Origin: Candidatus Multivoradales bacterium
GTDB taxonomy: Bacteria > Acidobacteriota > Thermoanaerobaculia > Multivoradales > JAHEKO01
DNA length: 64,000 nucleotides
Direction of reading: 5' to 3'
NCBI GenBank assembly: GCA_965223855.1
Contig: CBDCXM010000009.1
Span: 96,001 to 160,000 of the forward strand
The position numbers were made by a program, and so were the translations under genes. The number at the start of each line of letters is the position of its first letter. Positions within the stretch are counted from its first letter, which is position 1. Under the pieces are notes generated by a model, which saw only the letters and a list, made by a program, of their open reading frames with translations, was not told the DNA's origin and ran no database searches. Of the stretch, positions 19,189 to 28,055 are shown piece by piece.

Positions 19189-19896
19189 TCAGTCGAGATC
19201 GACCACTCCCTTCGCGCTGTCGCGGCGCTTGCGCTCTTTGGCGTCGTACTCGGCCATGCAGCCGCCCTGCGTCACCATGGCGCATTCGAGGTAGTCGGCC
19301 ACCTCGATGACCATCGCACGGATCGCCTTGCCGGCCGGGGTGTTCTTCTCCTTGGAGAGGTTGCCGCTGAAGCCGCCCTTGTAGAGGCCGACGCTGACGC
19401 CACGATCCTTGGCGCGCGCTTCGACGGTGCGGGTGAACTCGACGACTCCGGTCGTCGTGTCGACGACGCGGATGTCAACCGACATGTAGGTTTCCTTCTT
19501 CTTGCCGCCGAGGCGAACGCCGCGGAAGCCGATGCCGCCGCCCTGCTTGCCGCTCTCTTCGTAGGCGGTGACCACGCCGGTGACGATGTACTGCGCGCCG
19601 ACCATCTTGCCGATCTTCGCGGCGCTCGACGCTTCGACCCGGCCCGAGGCCCCGAGGTCCTGTTCGTCGAGGATGGCGTCGAGCTTGTTGCGCTCGACCA
19701 TCTTGAACGAGCCCATCGCCGCCAGCTCGTTGGTGAGCATGCTCGACAGGTCGCGACCGACGCCGGAGTACCACCAGTACACACCGGTGACGTTGTTGGT
19801 GAAGTCGTTGACGGCCATGGTCGGCTGCGCCGAAGCGACCGCCGGTAGCGTCAGCGCGGCCAGCGCGCAGATTCCGATGAGTGTGCGAATCTTCAT
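19189..19896 (-). CDS. CsgG/HfaB family protein with signal peptide
   Basis: MKIRTLIG signal; FKMVERNKLDAILDEQDL, SAAKIGKMVGAQYIVTGVVT, VDIRVVDTTTG. Confidence 0.88.
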   Translation of the reverse strand: MKIRTLIGICALAALTLPAVASAQPTMAVNDFTNNVTGVYWWYSGVGRDLSSMLTNELAAMGSFKMVERNKLDAILDEQDLGASGRVEASSAAKIGKMVGAQYIVTGVVTAYEESGKQGGGIGFRGVRLGGKKKETYMSVDIRVVDTTTGVVEFTRTVEARAKDRGVSVGLYKGGFSGNLSKEKNTPAGKAIRAMVIEVADYLECAMVTQGGCMAEYDAKERKRRDSAKGVVDLD

Positions 19897-20049
19897 TCCC
19901 TCTCCTTGCTCCTGGTTTCGCTTCTGAGCAGCTTTCTGTGAGTGCGGCGGCGGCTTTCCGGGTGAAGGAACCACCGACGCCGGCTGCTAACGTACATCTT
20001 ACATGGCGTTCGCAGCCCCCCGACGTTACGTCCACGTCCTCAGGCGCCG

Positions 20050-20763
20050 GTGATCGTCCGGGTGGAGGCGGACCGGGTTCGGTGCGTGACGCAGACCGAT
20101 CACGCGCGACTCGCCGCCGCCATCCTGGAGTTGTGGCGACGCTCTCCGCTACCGGACCACCCCCGGCGCTCGGCGCTGCTGACAGCCGTCCGCGAGCACG
20201 ACAACGGTTGGCAGGAGGCCGACGCGGCGCCCAGGCTCGGGCCGCGCGGTGATCGACCGCTTCACTTCCTCGAGGCGTCGCCGGAAGAGAGGCGCGAGAT
20301 CTGGGGGCGTGGAGTCGCCCGACACCGCTCGAGCGCCCCGTACGTCGCCGCCCTGATCGCCCACCACGGCTGGTTCCTGCATCGCGACGACGAGGAGGGT
20401 CTCGCCGCCCGGGCCGGAGCCCTGCTCGAGATCCGCGACGACGCGCTCGAGGAGATCGACCTGCCCCTGGAGGAGCTGGAGCGTGACTACCATTGGCTGC
20501 ACCTCGCCGATCTCGTCTCGCTCGTCGCCACGGCGCAGTGGCCAGGGGTTCACGAACGTGGAGAGTTCAGAGTCGAGCGAGCCGGAGCGGAGGTGACGAT
20601 CGAGCCGTTTCCCCTCGCCGGCGCGACGACGTTCTCGTTCCCTGTCCGCTCGATTCCGCGCCGGACCTACCGGGACGACGTCGATCTGGCCGTCGAGCTC
20701 GCAACGGCCCGTTGGACCGAAGAGACGGTCCGGCTGACACCGAAGACCCCCACCTTCCCGTAG
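20050..20763 (+). CDS. DUF3891 family protein (HD-like)
   Basis: TQTDHARLA, AVREHDNGW, PLHF, ALIAHH. Confidence 0.72.
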   Translation: MIVRVEADRVRCVTQTDHARLAAAILELWRRSPLPDHPRRSALLTAVREHDNGWQEADAAPRLGPRGDRPLHFLEASPEERREIWGRGVARHRSSAPYVAALIAHHGWFLHRDDEEGLAARAGALLEIRDDALEEIDLPLEELERDYHWLHLADLVSLVATAQWPGVHERGEFRVERAGAEVTIEPFPLAGATTFSFPVRSIPRRTYRDDVDLAVELATARWTEETVRLTPKTPTFP

Positions 20764-20818
20764 GGCTCCGGCCCACTGCGGCCAGAGGCTCCCGGAGGCT
20801 CGTGATACCCTCCACCGC

Positions 20819-21364
20819 ATGCAGGAATCTGTCGCTGCAGCCACTTCGGCCGGCGACCGCCTGCGGGTTCTGACCCCCTCCGCTATCGGAGTGATCGGCT
20901 TGGAGTTCGTGGACGGCGTCGTGTCGGGCGTCGAGATCGTGCCGATCGGCAAGAGACGCAAGGAGTTCCCGTCGTTGGGAGACCTCCCGCGGTCGGCCCG
21001 TACCGAAGCGCTGGAGGAGGCCGTCGGGCGGCTGTCGGAGTATCTCGCCGGTGCGCGTCGCAACCTCCAGATCCGCTACGACATCGATCTGACGGGAATC
21101 GACGACTTCGGCGCTCGCGTGCTGGCAGCGACCGCCGAAGTCCCCTACGGCCACACGAGCACCTACCAGCAGATCGCGTCGTCGATCGGCAAGCCGGGCG
21201 CCTACCGGCAGGTGCTCTCGGTGCTGGTGTCCAATCCGCTGCCGCTGGTCGTCCCCTGCCACCGGATCGTGCCCAATCGCGCCGGTATCGGCAGCTACGT
21301 CGCCGCGACCGCCAAGAAGGAATGGCTCCTCAAGATGGAGCGGCGCGGCCTCACCGAAGACTGA
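20819..21364 (+). CDS. ogt: Methylated-DNA-protein-cysteine methyltransferase
   Basis: VPYGHTSTYQQIA, NPLPLVVPCHRIV. Confidence 0.9.
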   Translation: MQESVAAATSAGDRLRVLTPSAIGVIGLEFVDGVVSGVEIVPIGKRRKEFPSLGDLPRSARTEALEEAVGRLSEYLAGARRNLQIRYDIDLTGIDDFGARVLAATAEVPYGHTSTYQQIASSIGKPGAYRQVLSVLVSNPLPLVVPCHRIVPNRAGIGSYVAATAKKEWLLKMERRGLTED

Positions 21365-21421
21365 GGCGACGGACCCGACAGAGCGGCTGCGGCGGCTCGA
21401 ATCCGCCAGGCAACAGGGGTA

Positions 21422-22498
21422 TCAGCGAGCTGCAGCGACGAGAGGCTCGAGGCGGAACTCCATCTCGACTCCCTCGCCGGCGTCCGCGACGACCTCGCGG
21501 CGCTCGGTCTCGAAGCCGTCGTTCTCGACCTCGATCACGTGCTCTCCCGGCGAGAGCATGAGACCGGCACGCAGCCCAGCAAGCTCCTCGCCCGTGCCCA
21601 GCAGCTCCCCATCGAGATAAACCCTCGCCGAAGCCGGCTCGACGGTCAGATGGAGCCGCGCCCTTTCGGTCGCCGGCCGTGAGCGTTCCATCCGCTCGAC
21701 GATCTCGCGGCCCTCATCGCGAGCCGCCTCGTCGTCCGCGGGATGGGAGAACCGGACTTCGGGCAGAACCGCCTCCCCTTCCCGCAGTCCGATCTCGACA
21801 TCGAGGACGAGGCTCGTCATCACCTTGACCGTCCGCGACTCGGTCGCGAACCCCGGCTTGTAGAACGACACCTCGTAAACCCCCTTCTCGAGCCACAGGT
21901 AGCCCGGGAAGCCGTCGTACTGACGCGCGAGACCGACGTACTGACCGTCGATGTAGACCTCGGCGTTCTTGGGTCGGATCTTGAGGTCGAGGGCCCCCAT
22001 GCCGTAGCCGGGGCGGTGGGAGACGACGATCGGTGCGGAGGGCCCGTACCAGCCCCAGCCCCAGTAGCCCCACGGATGCCAGTAGCCGTGCCGGAAACCG
22101 TAGCCGTACCCGTGGCCGTAGCCGATGCCGTAGCCATAGCTGCCGTGGCCGCGTCCCCGCCGCGGACGGACACGTTCACGACCGGACCGCGTGCGAGCCG
22201 CGCCGTTGTTGCCCCTGGCACGGCTGGACCCGGCTCGAACCGAGTCGCTGCCGCGCGAGCTACCCGACCTCGGCACCGCCCTGCGACTGCTCGAAGACGA
22301 CGAAGAGCCGGACGAGCGCGCCGACGACCCCGAGGAGGAACTCTTCGAACTCACCGAGCTGGAGCGGCTGCGCGAGGAGCTAGCTTTGTCGTCGGCAGCG
22401 GCAACGGCCGCCTCCACGGTGAACCAGGCGAAGAGCGCCGCAGCACAGATGCCGGGCCGCAGCAGCGAAGGACGGTGGCGAAGTCTCTGGATCATCAT
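21422..22498 (-). CDS. Secreted PEGA-domain protein with S/R-rich and G/Y/W-rich low-complexity N-region
   Basis: RBS GAGAGGAG; two PEGA repeats (LKIRPKNAEVYIDG; LTVEPASARVYLDG). Confidence 0.82.
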   Translation of the reverse strand: MMIQRLRHRPSLLRPGICAAALFAWFTVEAAVAAADDKASSSRSRSSSVSSKSSSSGSSARSSGSSSSSSSRRAVPRSGSSRGSDSVRAGSSRARGNNGAARTRSGRERVRPRRGRGHGSYGYGIGYGHGYGYGFRHGYWHPWGYWGWGWYGPSAPIVVSHRPGYGMGALDLKIRPKNAEVYIDGQYVGLARQYDGFPGYLWLEKGVYEVSFYKPGFATESRTVKVMTSLVLDVEIGLREGEAVLPEVRFSHPADDEAARDEGREIVERMERSRPATERARLHLTVEPASARVYLDGELLGTGEELAGLRAGLMLSPGEHVIEVENDGFETERREVVADAGEGVEMEFRLEPLVAAAR

Positions 22499-22544
22499 GC
22501 GCTCCTCTCGGGAGGAAAGTGTCTCACGTCTCTCCATTCGAAGA

Positions 22545-22560
22545 AGCAAGACCCGCGCCA
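22545..22560 (-). promoter_or_regulatory. Putative sigma-54 (-24/-12) promoter
   Basis: Minus strand TGGCGC-GGGTC-TTGCT matches TGGCAC-N5-TTGCW. Confidence 0.6.
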
Positions 22561-22760
22561 GTCAACGGCCGCTCCGAAAGCCCGAAACCCTTGAAGGCAA
22601 GGGGCTTGGTGAGCCCTTCGGTGTCCCTCGCGGTAGACCGCGCGTCCTCTCGCGAGGTCGCGACTCCGGCGTTGCGAGCCGCACGGCCCGGCGCCTCAGT
22701 CCAGCGCCACAGTCCAGCTCGCCGACCCAGCTCACCAGTCCAAGCGGTCAGTGCAGGCCG

Positions 22761-23705
22761 TCAGTCCAGGCGCTCGAACGGCAGCCCGGATCTGGGGTCG
22801 GACTGCTCGAGCTGCTGGAGCAGGTCGCGGTTGCGCCCCTCTCGCGGATCGGGGGGCACGATCTCCACCACCGCCAGATGGTCGCCTCGTCCGCCGTCGG
22901 GTCGGGCGACCCCTCTTCCGCCGATGCGCAACCGCTGACCGTGGCGGGTTCCCGGAGGAAGCGCAACGTCGACCGGTCCGTCGATCGTCGGCGCGCGCAC
23001 ACTCGCTCCGAGCGCCGCCTCGCCGATCGTCACCGGCAGCGGCGCTACGATGTCGTCTCCGCGGCGAACGTAGTACTCGTGGGGCCGCACTCGGATCGTC
23101 ACCAGCAGATCTCCCCGGCCGCCGTCGACCAGACCTCCCTGACCGCGAACGCGTACCCGGCCGCCGTCGGTGACGCCCGGTGGGATACGAACTCTCACCC
23201 GCTCGAGCTTGACTTCGTAGCCCCTCCCACCACAGACGGGGCAACCCGGAACACCTTCCCCGCACGCCTCGCAGCTGATCTCACGCTGGGCCGAGAGAGA
23301 CACGACAACGCCTCGAATCGCCTCGGCGAAGTCGAGCTCGACCTCCGAGCTGAGGTCGGCCGTGGCGACTCCTTGCCGCTCTCCCGGCGTCTCGTCCTCG
23401 GCAGGGAGCAGCTCGACCGCGAGCTCCTCGAACCGGTACACGAGGTCGGCGCCGGAGAACTGCGCGCGGCGGCGGCGGATACCCACCTCCGGACCCGGTC
23501 GGCGGCCGGTCCCGCTACTGCCGCCACGGGCCTCATCACGCAACAGCGCGTAGGCCCGGCCCGCCTCCCTGAAGTTGCGCTCCGCTCGTGCACTTCCGGG
23601 ATGGAGGGCGGGATGCCATCGTCGGGCGAGCTTCTGGTACGCCCGCCGGATCGTGAGCGGGTCGGCGTCCCGCGCCACGCCCAACACCTCCCAGGGGTCG
23701 AACAT
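22761..23705 (-). CDS. DnaJ/CbpA-like protein with HPD changed to HPA
   Basis: DPWEVLGV...YQKLARRWHPALHP; CEACGEG/CPVCGGRG; DnaJ_C (IPPGVTDG, GDLLV, EAALGA, PTIDG). Confidence 0.85.
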   Translation of the reverse strand: MFDPWEVLGVARDADPLTIRRAYQKLARRWHPALHPGSARAERNFREAGRAYALLRDEARGGSSGTGRRPGPEVGIRRRRAQFSGADLVYRFEELAVELLPAEDETPGERQGVATADLSSEVELDFAEAIRGVVVSLSAQREISCEACGEGVPGCPVCGGRGYEVKLERVRVRIPPGVTDGGRVRVRGQGGLVDGGRGDLLVTIRVRPHEYYVRRGDDIVAPLPVTIGEAALGASVRAPTIDGPVDVALPPGTRHGQRLRIGGRGVARPDGGRGDHLAVVEIVPPDPREGRNRDLLQQLEQSDPRSGLPFERLD

Positions 23706-23752
23706 GAGGACTCAGTTTAGCCTGAACCTCTCGTGGAGCCCGTTCGCTGCGC

Positions 23753-24760
23753 TCAATCGAGCAGCGAGATCTCGAGCGCCGAGGCCCGCGGCGGGGCCTC
23801 GAGGACGGTCGCACCGCCGGCGGACAGGGCCTCCTCCACCGCACCCCGGGCGGCAGGCGGAGTCAGCACGGCGATACACCCTCCACCTCCTGCTCCGGTC
23901 GCCTTACCGCCCCAGGCTCCGGCCTGCGCCGACCTCGCCAGCAGTGACGCGATCTCCGGGGTATCGACCCCTTCCGCCAGCCGGCGGCGGAACGACCACT
24001 CCGACGCCATTGCGGCTCCGAGCCGAGGCAGATCGCCCGCCTCGAGGGCAGCAGCGGCCTCCCGAGCGGCCTCACAGATCCCGTCGAAGAGGCGGATGCT
24101 CTCCGCGTCGCCGTCGAGCCGCCTTCGCACGACTCCCCAGTTGCTTGCCGCCGAGAAGTGACTGCGACCGGTGTAGGCCACGACCAGGCTCCGGCCGAGC
24201 GTCTCGAGGTCGCAGTCGAGAGAGCGCACCTCCTCGCCCCCCGCGCGATACAAGATCTCGAGCGCGCCGCCGAGCAGCGGCGGATAGTGGTCCTGCCGCC
24301 CCGTTGGGAGCGACATCAGTCGCGCCTCGAGATCCCGCGCCACCGAGGCGATCGACTCGACGGGCAAGCTCGCGCGGCCGTCGAGCGTGTCGAGCGCGGC
24401 GATCAGCGCCACGGCGATCGCCGAGCTGCCGCCGAGTCCGCCGCCTCGAGGTGAGGCGCTCGAGAGCTTCACCTCGGTCGCCGGAGCGTGGCGCTCTTCG
24501 AGTATCCAGCCGACGAGATCGGTCCTGGGATCTTCGATCAGGGCGCCCGTCGAAGCGGCTTCGACGACGGTGCCGTCGTCCAGCTCCACACGATAGCCGG
24601 AATCGATTCGCCGAAGCCCGATCTCGACCGGAACCTCTACGGCGACGTTGACCGTCCGAGCGCCGGCGTGCAGCAGGCCGAGCGGCCAGATGTCGAGAGT
24701 TCCACCCGCCAGATCGACACGGCACCCCGTCCGTGCCCGAACCCGGCGCTCAGCTCCCAC
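23753..24760 (-). CDS. GHMP-family sugar kinase (HddA-like)
   Basis: RVDLAGGTLD, PRGGGLGGSSA, GRQDHY, GGKATGAGGGG. Confidence 0.85.
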   Translation of the reverse strand: MGAERRVRARTGCRVDLAGGTLDIWPLGLLHAGARTVNVAVEVPVEIGLRRIDSGYRVELDDGTVVEAASTGALIEDPRTDLVGWILEERHAPATEVKLSSASPRGGGLGGSSAIAVALIAALDTLDGRASLPVESIASVARDLEARLMSLPTGRQDHYPPLLGGALEILYRAGGEEVRSLDCDLETLGRSLVVAYTGRSHFSAASNWGVVRRRLDGDAESIRLFDGICEAAREAAAALEAGDLPRLGAAMASEWSFRRRLAEGVDTPEIASLLARSAQAGAWGGKATGAGGGGCIAVLTPPAARGAVEEALSAGGATVLEAPPRASALEISLLD

Positions 24761-26201
24761 GCGAGGAGATGTCGGCGACCGCTGCGACCGCGAACTCGGC
24801 GCGATCGTCGATCGGCAGCTCGTAGGTCTCTACCCCGGACAACGCGCGGCGCAGGCGGTCGCGCTCGACGAGGTACGAGGGGCGCTCGCTTTCCGGCACC
24901 GGCTCCGCGGGCACGCTCTTGAGCGAAAGCGGGTCGATCCAGCGCCCGTCCTTCTGGATCCGGTAGTCGAGGTGAGGACCGGTCGCCAGGCCGCTCGATC
25001 CAACGAAGCCGATGACGTCCCCCTGGCTCACCCGAGCACCGGTGCGAACTCCGTTCGCATAGCGGGACAGGTGAAGGTAGGCCGTCACGTAGCCGTTCGG
25101 ATGACGCACCTTGACCGTCCGCCCGCCGCCGCCGCTCCAGCCTGCCGAAGTCACCACACCGTTGGCCGTCACCCGCACCGGCGTTCCCGTCGGCGCGCCG
25201 TAGTCCACGCCGTAGTGAGGGCGGTACTTCTTGAGCACCGGATGGAAGCGACGCTGGCTGAAGCGCGAGGTGACGCGCGAGTACCGCATCGGCGAGCGCA
25301 GGAACATCTTCCGCAGCGGCCTGCCGTCTCCGTCGTAGTAGCCGTGACGATCGCCGGCGCCGAATCGATACGCCTCGAGGACACTGCCGCGCGTTTCGTA
25401 GCGCATCGCCCGGACGTCTCCGAGGGAGTGGTAGGCACCGTCGAGGTACACCACTTCGTAGAGAACCTCGAACCGGTCACCGATTCTCAGATCGCGGGTG
25501 AAGTCGAGGTCCCACTGCAACACGTCCGCCATCCGGTACGCGACGCCCGGCTCGGCGCCCGCCGAGCGCAGCGAGCCTTCGAGCGTACCCTCGAGTTCAC
25601 CGACCACCCGCCGCACTTCGCGACGCTGCACGAAGGGCCGCCACTCGCTCTCCCAGCCACCCGGCCGGCGGGCCACGGCGGCGCGGCCCTTGCCCTCGAG
25701 AGTCAACTCGAAGAGCTGAAGTCCGTTCGCAGGATCCTGCACGGCCGCGTAGCGATCCTGCGGCCGCAGCCGGCGCAGATCGGCGTGCTTCGCCAGCTCC
25801 GCCACCAGGGCGGTGGCATCCCCGGGCTCGAGTTCGAGCGTGCTCAACACTTCGCCGAGGGTCTCGCCCGGCCGGAACGGCACCTCCAGCGGGATCGCTT
25901 TCCCGGCGCCCACGGGAGCCGCGGTCGGATCGAGTGCCGATCCCAGCGGAGTGTAGGCCCTGGTCGGTGCCAGCGGATACGGCGAGCTGTTGTCGTTCTC
26001 CACGATCGCCGTCCAGGTCGCGATGGCGACCGCGGGCACCGCCACGAGCGTCGTCGCCAGGAGCCGTACAGCTCCCTTGCGACGCACGACTTTCCTTCGA
26101 CCGGCCTTCGCGATCCGTTTCAACTGCTCCCCCTCCTCGGCCCTTCCGGTTTTCGAACGCCCGGAAGCGTAGCACAGGGCGCCTCGGGGCGACCTCCGCA
26201 A
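24750..26201 (-). CDS. M23 murein DD-endopeptidase (MepM-like); true start probably about 100 nt further in
   Basis: RFHPVLKKYRPHYGVDYGAPTGTP, YLHLS, ATGPHLDY. Confidence 0.9.
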   Translation of the reverse strand: MRRSPRGALCYASGRSKTGRAEEGEQLKRIAKAGRRKVVRRKGAVRLLATTLVAVPAVAIATWTAIVENDNSSPYPLAPTRAYTPLGSALDPTAAPVGAGKAIPLEVPFRPGETLGEVLSTLELEPGDATALVAELAKHADLRRLRPQDRYAAVQDPANGLQLFELTLEGKGRAAVARRPGGWESEWRPFVQRREVRRVVGELEGTLEGSLRSAGAEPGVAYRMADVLQWDLDFTRDLRIGDRFEVLYEVVYLDGAYHSLGDVRAMRYETRGSVLEAYRFGAGDRHGYYDGDGRPLRKMFLRSPMRYSRVTSRFSQRRFHPVLKKYRPHYGVDYGAPTGTPVRVTANGVVTSAGWSGGGGRTVKVRHPNGYVTAYLHLSRYANGVRTGARVSQGDVIGFVGSSGLATGPHLDYRIQKDGRWIDPLSLKSVPAEPVPESERPSYLVERDRLRRALSGVETYELPIDDRAEFAVAAVADISSRGS

Positions 26202-26268
26202 ACATCGACGAACAAAGGGATTTCAGGCCGCCATGCCGGCAGCCTCGGAGCTCGGAACAACCTCAGGG

Positions 26269-26817
26269 TCAACCGAGAACCTGATTGACGAAGGTGTCGG
26301 CGTCCTGGGGCAGCTTCTCGCTGAAGGCGATGTTGCCGTTCTTCAGGATCAGCAGCCAGGGAGCGCTGTTCACTCTGTACTTCTTCGAGAGGTCTCCGCG
26401 ACCGTCGAGATAGACCTTCGTCTTCAGGCTCTTCCCCTGAAGGAAGGACCGTACCGTCGCCTCGTCCTCCTGGAAGTTGACCGTGATGACGTTGGCCCGA
26501 CTGCCCCAGCGATCGGCGAGCGCGTTGACCCGCTCCACCACGTCGCGTCCACGCGGAGCCCAGGAGGCCCAGAAGACGACGATGTGGCTCCCCCGCTGGA
26601 GGTCGCCCTCGCTGAGCCTCCCGCCGTCGAGACCGGGCAGTTCGAGTGTGTCGGCCGCCGTTGCCGGTGCCACGGGAAGCAGAAGCACTGCCATGGCGAC
26701 GACCGAAGCAAGCCGGTGGAACCGAGCGTTTCGATGGGCGGCACCCGCTTCCACAGTCGCTTTCACGGTTTGGACCCGTTTCACGGTGGGGACCCTCCTG
26801 ACCTGACTAAGCCGCAC
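26269..26817 (-). CDS. TlpA/ResA thioredoxin-fold exported protein lacking CxxC; start uncertain
   Basis: LPGLDGG, VVFWASWAPRG, VNFQED, YRVNSAP. Confidence 0.78.
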   Translation of the reverse strand: MRLSQVRRVPTVKRVQTVKATVEAGAAHRNARFHRLASVVAMAVLLLPVAPATAADTLELPGLDGGRLSEGDLQRGSHIVVFWASWAPRGRDVVERVNALADRWGSRANVITVNFQEDEATVRSFLQGKSLKTKVYLDGRGDLSKKYRVNSAPWLLILKNGNIAFSEKLPQDADTFVNQVLG

Positions 26818-27031
26818 GATGCGGCAGACCCTGAAGAATCCGGCTCCACAGAGAAGGCGGCGCCGTGAGAGATCGACAGCGATCCCTCAGGAGGTCGCGA
26901 ATGTGTCGCGTGCTCTCCAGGCGTGCCTCGCAGCACGGACAGCCGCTCAAGTGTTCCTCGAACGCGTCCCAGGACAGCTCCAGGGTGCTCGAGCCGTTCA
27001 TCAGCGTGTCCTGTGCTTCGGTGCAAGTCAT
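26807..27031 (-). CDS. Zinc-finger (ZAS, zf-HC2) anti-sigma factor, RshA/RsrA-like
   Basis: 74 aa MTCTEA...EEHLSGCPCC...APPSLWSRI; HxxxCxxC; downstream of the ECF sigma. Confidence 0.8.
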   Translation of the reverse strand: MTCTEAQDTLMNGSSTLELSWDAFEEHLSGCPCCEARLESTRHIRDLLRDRCRSLTAPPSLWSRILQGLPHRAA

Positions 27032-27128
27032 TTCCGGATTCCCGTCTTTCGAGCGTCGCGCCTGTGGCGGCAGCCACCTCGGTGTTCCACCGCGCAAGGT
27101 CGGCGCAACTGTGCTCAGGCCGTTCATT

Positions 27129-27158
27129 GTAACGGCTGAACCTCCCGATCGAATTCCC
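27129..27158 (-). promoter_or_regulatory. Putative SigH/SigR-type promoter before the anti-sigma gene
   Basis: Minus strand GGAAT-N19-GTT; the canonical spacer is about 18. Confidence 0.35.
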
Positions 27159-27207
27159 GGCGCGGAGATTCTCCCGGCGCGGGAGCAAGGGGTGAGAGGA
27201 AGCGGTG

Positions 27208-27822
27208 TCAGAGGCTCTTCGGCCGACTCCGCATCTTGGCGGGAGCACCATGGCGCAGGTAGCCCCGTTCGCGCCCGTATCGCAGGAGAGCCTCCTCGAG
27301 AAGCTTGCGTCCCCGGTAGAGACGACTCATAACCGTTCCGACCGGCACGTCGAGCGCCGCGGCGACCTCCTTGTACGACAGATCCTCCAGATCGGCGAGC
27401 ACAACGGCCATCCGGTAGTCCGGCGGCAGCTCGCGGATCGCCCGCTGCACATCGTGGTCGAGCACCCCCTCGAAGGCGTCGTCCTCCGGATTCCTGGAGC
27501 GGCGCCTGACCTCGTCTGCGAGCTGCGTCTCGAAGGCGTCCTCGATGTCCGCGAAATCGCTCTGCAGCGGCATCGACTGCTTCTTCCGATAGGCGTTGAT
27601 AAAGGTGTTCTTCAGAATCTTGAACAGCCACGCCTTGAAGTTGGTGCCTTCCTGGAACTTGTCGTAGTACTTGTAGGCCTTGAGGTAGGTCTCCTGGACG
27701 AGATCCTCGGCATCCTGAGCGTTGCGCGCCATCCGATAGGCGGTGTTGTAGAGACTGTCGAGAAACGGCATCGCCGTAGCTTCGAAGTCCCACCCCTTGT
27801 CGTGAACGGTCTGCGTTGCCAT
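27208..27822 (-). CDS. ECF RNA polymerase sigma factor (SigH/SigR-like)
   Basis: [57 protein letters not shown]. Confidence 0.93.
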   Translation of the reverse strand: MATQTVHDKGWDFEATAMPFLDSLYNTAYRMARNAQDAEDLVQETYLKAYKYYDKFQEGTNFKAWLFKILKNTFINAYRKKQSMPLQSDFADIEDAFETQLADEVRRRSRNPEDDAFEGVLDHDVQRAIRELPPDYRMAVVLADLEDLSYKEVAAALDVPVGTVMSRLYRGRKLLEEALLRYGRERGYLRHGAPAKMRSRPKSL

Positions 27823-27862
27823 CGCTGCCTCCCTCACCAAGCCTGATCCCCTCTTTACGCAT

Positions 27863-27890
27863 GGACCGTGCCAGCCCGTCGACGGTTCCC
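27863..27890 (-). promoter_or_regulatory. Putative ECF-type promoter upstream of the sigma gene
   Basis: Minus strand GGAACC-N17-GTCC. Confidence 0.4.
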
Positions 27891-28055
27891 TGATAGAGGC
27901 TTCCTGGCAACTCAGCCACCGGCCGTCCAGAGTCAGGGACGGCGCCGTCCGGCCAGGAGGGCAAGCACCTTCAATCCCGGTCACTCGCGGTTCCTGTAGC
28001 CTCGGAGCCTCGCGTGCGGCCCGAAAGCCCGCCACTCGATTCGAGGAGGCCCCTC

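Noticed and set aside
26521-26580. Selenocysteine recoding at the TlpA active site
   Set aside because: The codons are GCT CCG CGT GGA; there is no in-frame TGA
26749-26787. Direct repeat TTTCACGGT x2 at the anti-sigma/TlpA junction
   Set aside because: Too short to distinguish from chance or coding constraint without comparative data
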